Source: Camelus ferus (Eukaryota). From it: a DNA stretch of 64,000 bases. Positions 62,536 through 64,000 of this stretch are shown piece after piece. Each line of letters begins with the position of its first letter. Within the stretch, counting starts at the first letter, position 1. The notes under the pieces were generated by a model that did not search any database, had not been told where the DNA came from, and saw only the letters and a list, made by a program, of their open reading frames with translations. A program made the translations under genes and the position numbers. The stretch lies in the NCBI RefSeq assembly GCF_009834535.1, contig NC_045696.1, positions 85,624,001 through 85,688,000 on the forward strand. Direction: 5' to 3'.

Positions 62536-64000
62536 AACAGAGATGATCATTTTAGTATGATTTTACAAGATCTGAATTGAAGGGGAAGATTTTTCATATT
62601 AAGAAAGCAGGTGTATTCTAGGGGTTGCTAGTTGTGAAGATGTAACAGTTTGACTATCTTTATTAATTCTGATAATATTTGCTCCTCAAAATAATACACA
62701 TATATTTGAGAATATGTATTCTTTCTTCTCTCTTGCATTGATATAGATTATTTTTCACATGATTTTAAAAGTGTAATAGAAAATAATACTTGTGAACTTC
62801 AAAGATATATAGCTAGGAAGGCATTATAATTTGTTTGACTCAAATCCTCAATATCTTTTAACATTAAAACACCAGTGAACACTAGTAAAAAGGAGAACTT
62901 CTTCATTAATACCCAGTGACAAAAAGGCTCAGCATACTTAATTAAATGTTTCTTTGGTATATCAGTTCATATACTTGTTTATAAGTGAATTGATAGAATT
63001 TGCAGTGTATTCAATTGTATCACAATCAAACAAGTTTCATCAAAAAGAATGTGCTAATGACCAGTAAAAAAAAAACCTGAATACTTAATTCTAATTCAAC
63101 TGTAAAAGTAGCAGGCTGCTCCCTTGATAATGAAAGGTACCACATTACCAACACTGTATTATATGTGAATACAGGGCTTTTGTGGTTTTTGACCCATTCT
63201 ACTACAAACTTTTAGATTTAGAGTTTATTAGTGCATGATGAAAGACTACACAATTGATTTTCAGTACCATTTAAAACAATCCTGAGGGTAGCAAAGTTAG
63301 CTCTGAAAAAAGATGCTGAAACAAAAATGTCATCTTATTCTGTAGAAGAATAGAAAGAAGTTCTCTTTTCCTTCCTGGCTCTATATTCTTCCCTTATTCC
63401 TGACAGCCCTGCTTCTACTTCTGCTTCTGACTTGGTACCAAGATATTCTTGTGACTAAGGGCACACTCATTGAGCTCAAATTAGGTGCCAAGGAAAGATC
63501 AGGGAACGATGAGTTCCCGCAACCAAGGACCAAATGTCTAATTCACTTATCTTGTACCTTAAGGTGAGAAAACAATTCAACGTATTTCACTTCACGGTTA
63601 AATCATTTATAAAGTCTGGTGAAAAAAGTCAGAATCTATAATAATAAAATTAGAACCACTTCTGAAGATCAAGAGAGAATCAGTAAATGCTGTAAAATTA
63701 TGACATTTATCTTTAAAATCTCAAAGCCTTTTCCTTTCCTCCTCTGGGAAATGCCCTTTATCCTTGGTATGGCAGCCAAAATACTGGTTTAATTAAAATT
63801 AAAATACAAATATAAAATATTTGTACCAAGACTATTTCCTGCTACTGGAATTCACACATTTTTCAGTAGTTTTTCCTTATTTACAGTGTAAACTTTCTAA
63901 ATATTCAGTTGTTACATCAGTTGCTTGGAATTTGAAGGGGTTTTTTGTTTGTTTGTTTGTTTTTTTAACAGAATTCCAGTAGAGCAATTTATCTTAAAAT

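Overview
AT-rich mammalian genomic DNA. The main feature is the complete SLITRK3 gene on the + strand. Its intronless CDS is 54690-57629 (979 aa: signal peptide, two LRR clusters, TM, Trk-like tail), with a splice acceptor 21 nt before the ATG and a 3' UTR ending at AATAAA near 58806. Three candidate non-coding first exons lie in GC/CpG-rich patches at about 48.7-49.0, 49.2-50.0 and 52.4-53.0 kb. The upstream 48 kb has no credible protein-coding gene. It is rich in old eutherian repeats (L1M, L2, L3, MIR, MER5/20/33, MLT1, LTR16, MER21, MER34-like) and has one young L1 with an intact target-site duplication (TSD). That L1's 3' UTR and the lack of Alu, B1/B2, Bov, PRE1 or CAN SINEs suggest a camelid-like cetartiodactyl (inference). 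I found no new biological system that I can support. The best leads are: an isolated CpG patch at about 38.0-38.4 kb with a near-palindromic CTCF motif and a minus-strand donor (possible divergent lncRNA promoter); uORFs whose stop overlaps the SLITRK3 ATG; a perfect (GA)50 beside a G-quadruplex at the distal promoter; a 260-bp local duplication with an 18-bp palindrome at its junction; and several readable nested insertions. Repeat family names come from recalled consensus sequences and their boundaries are approximate.
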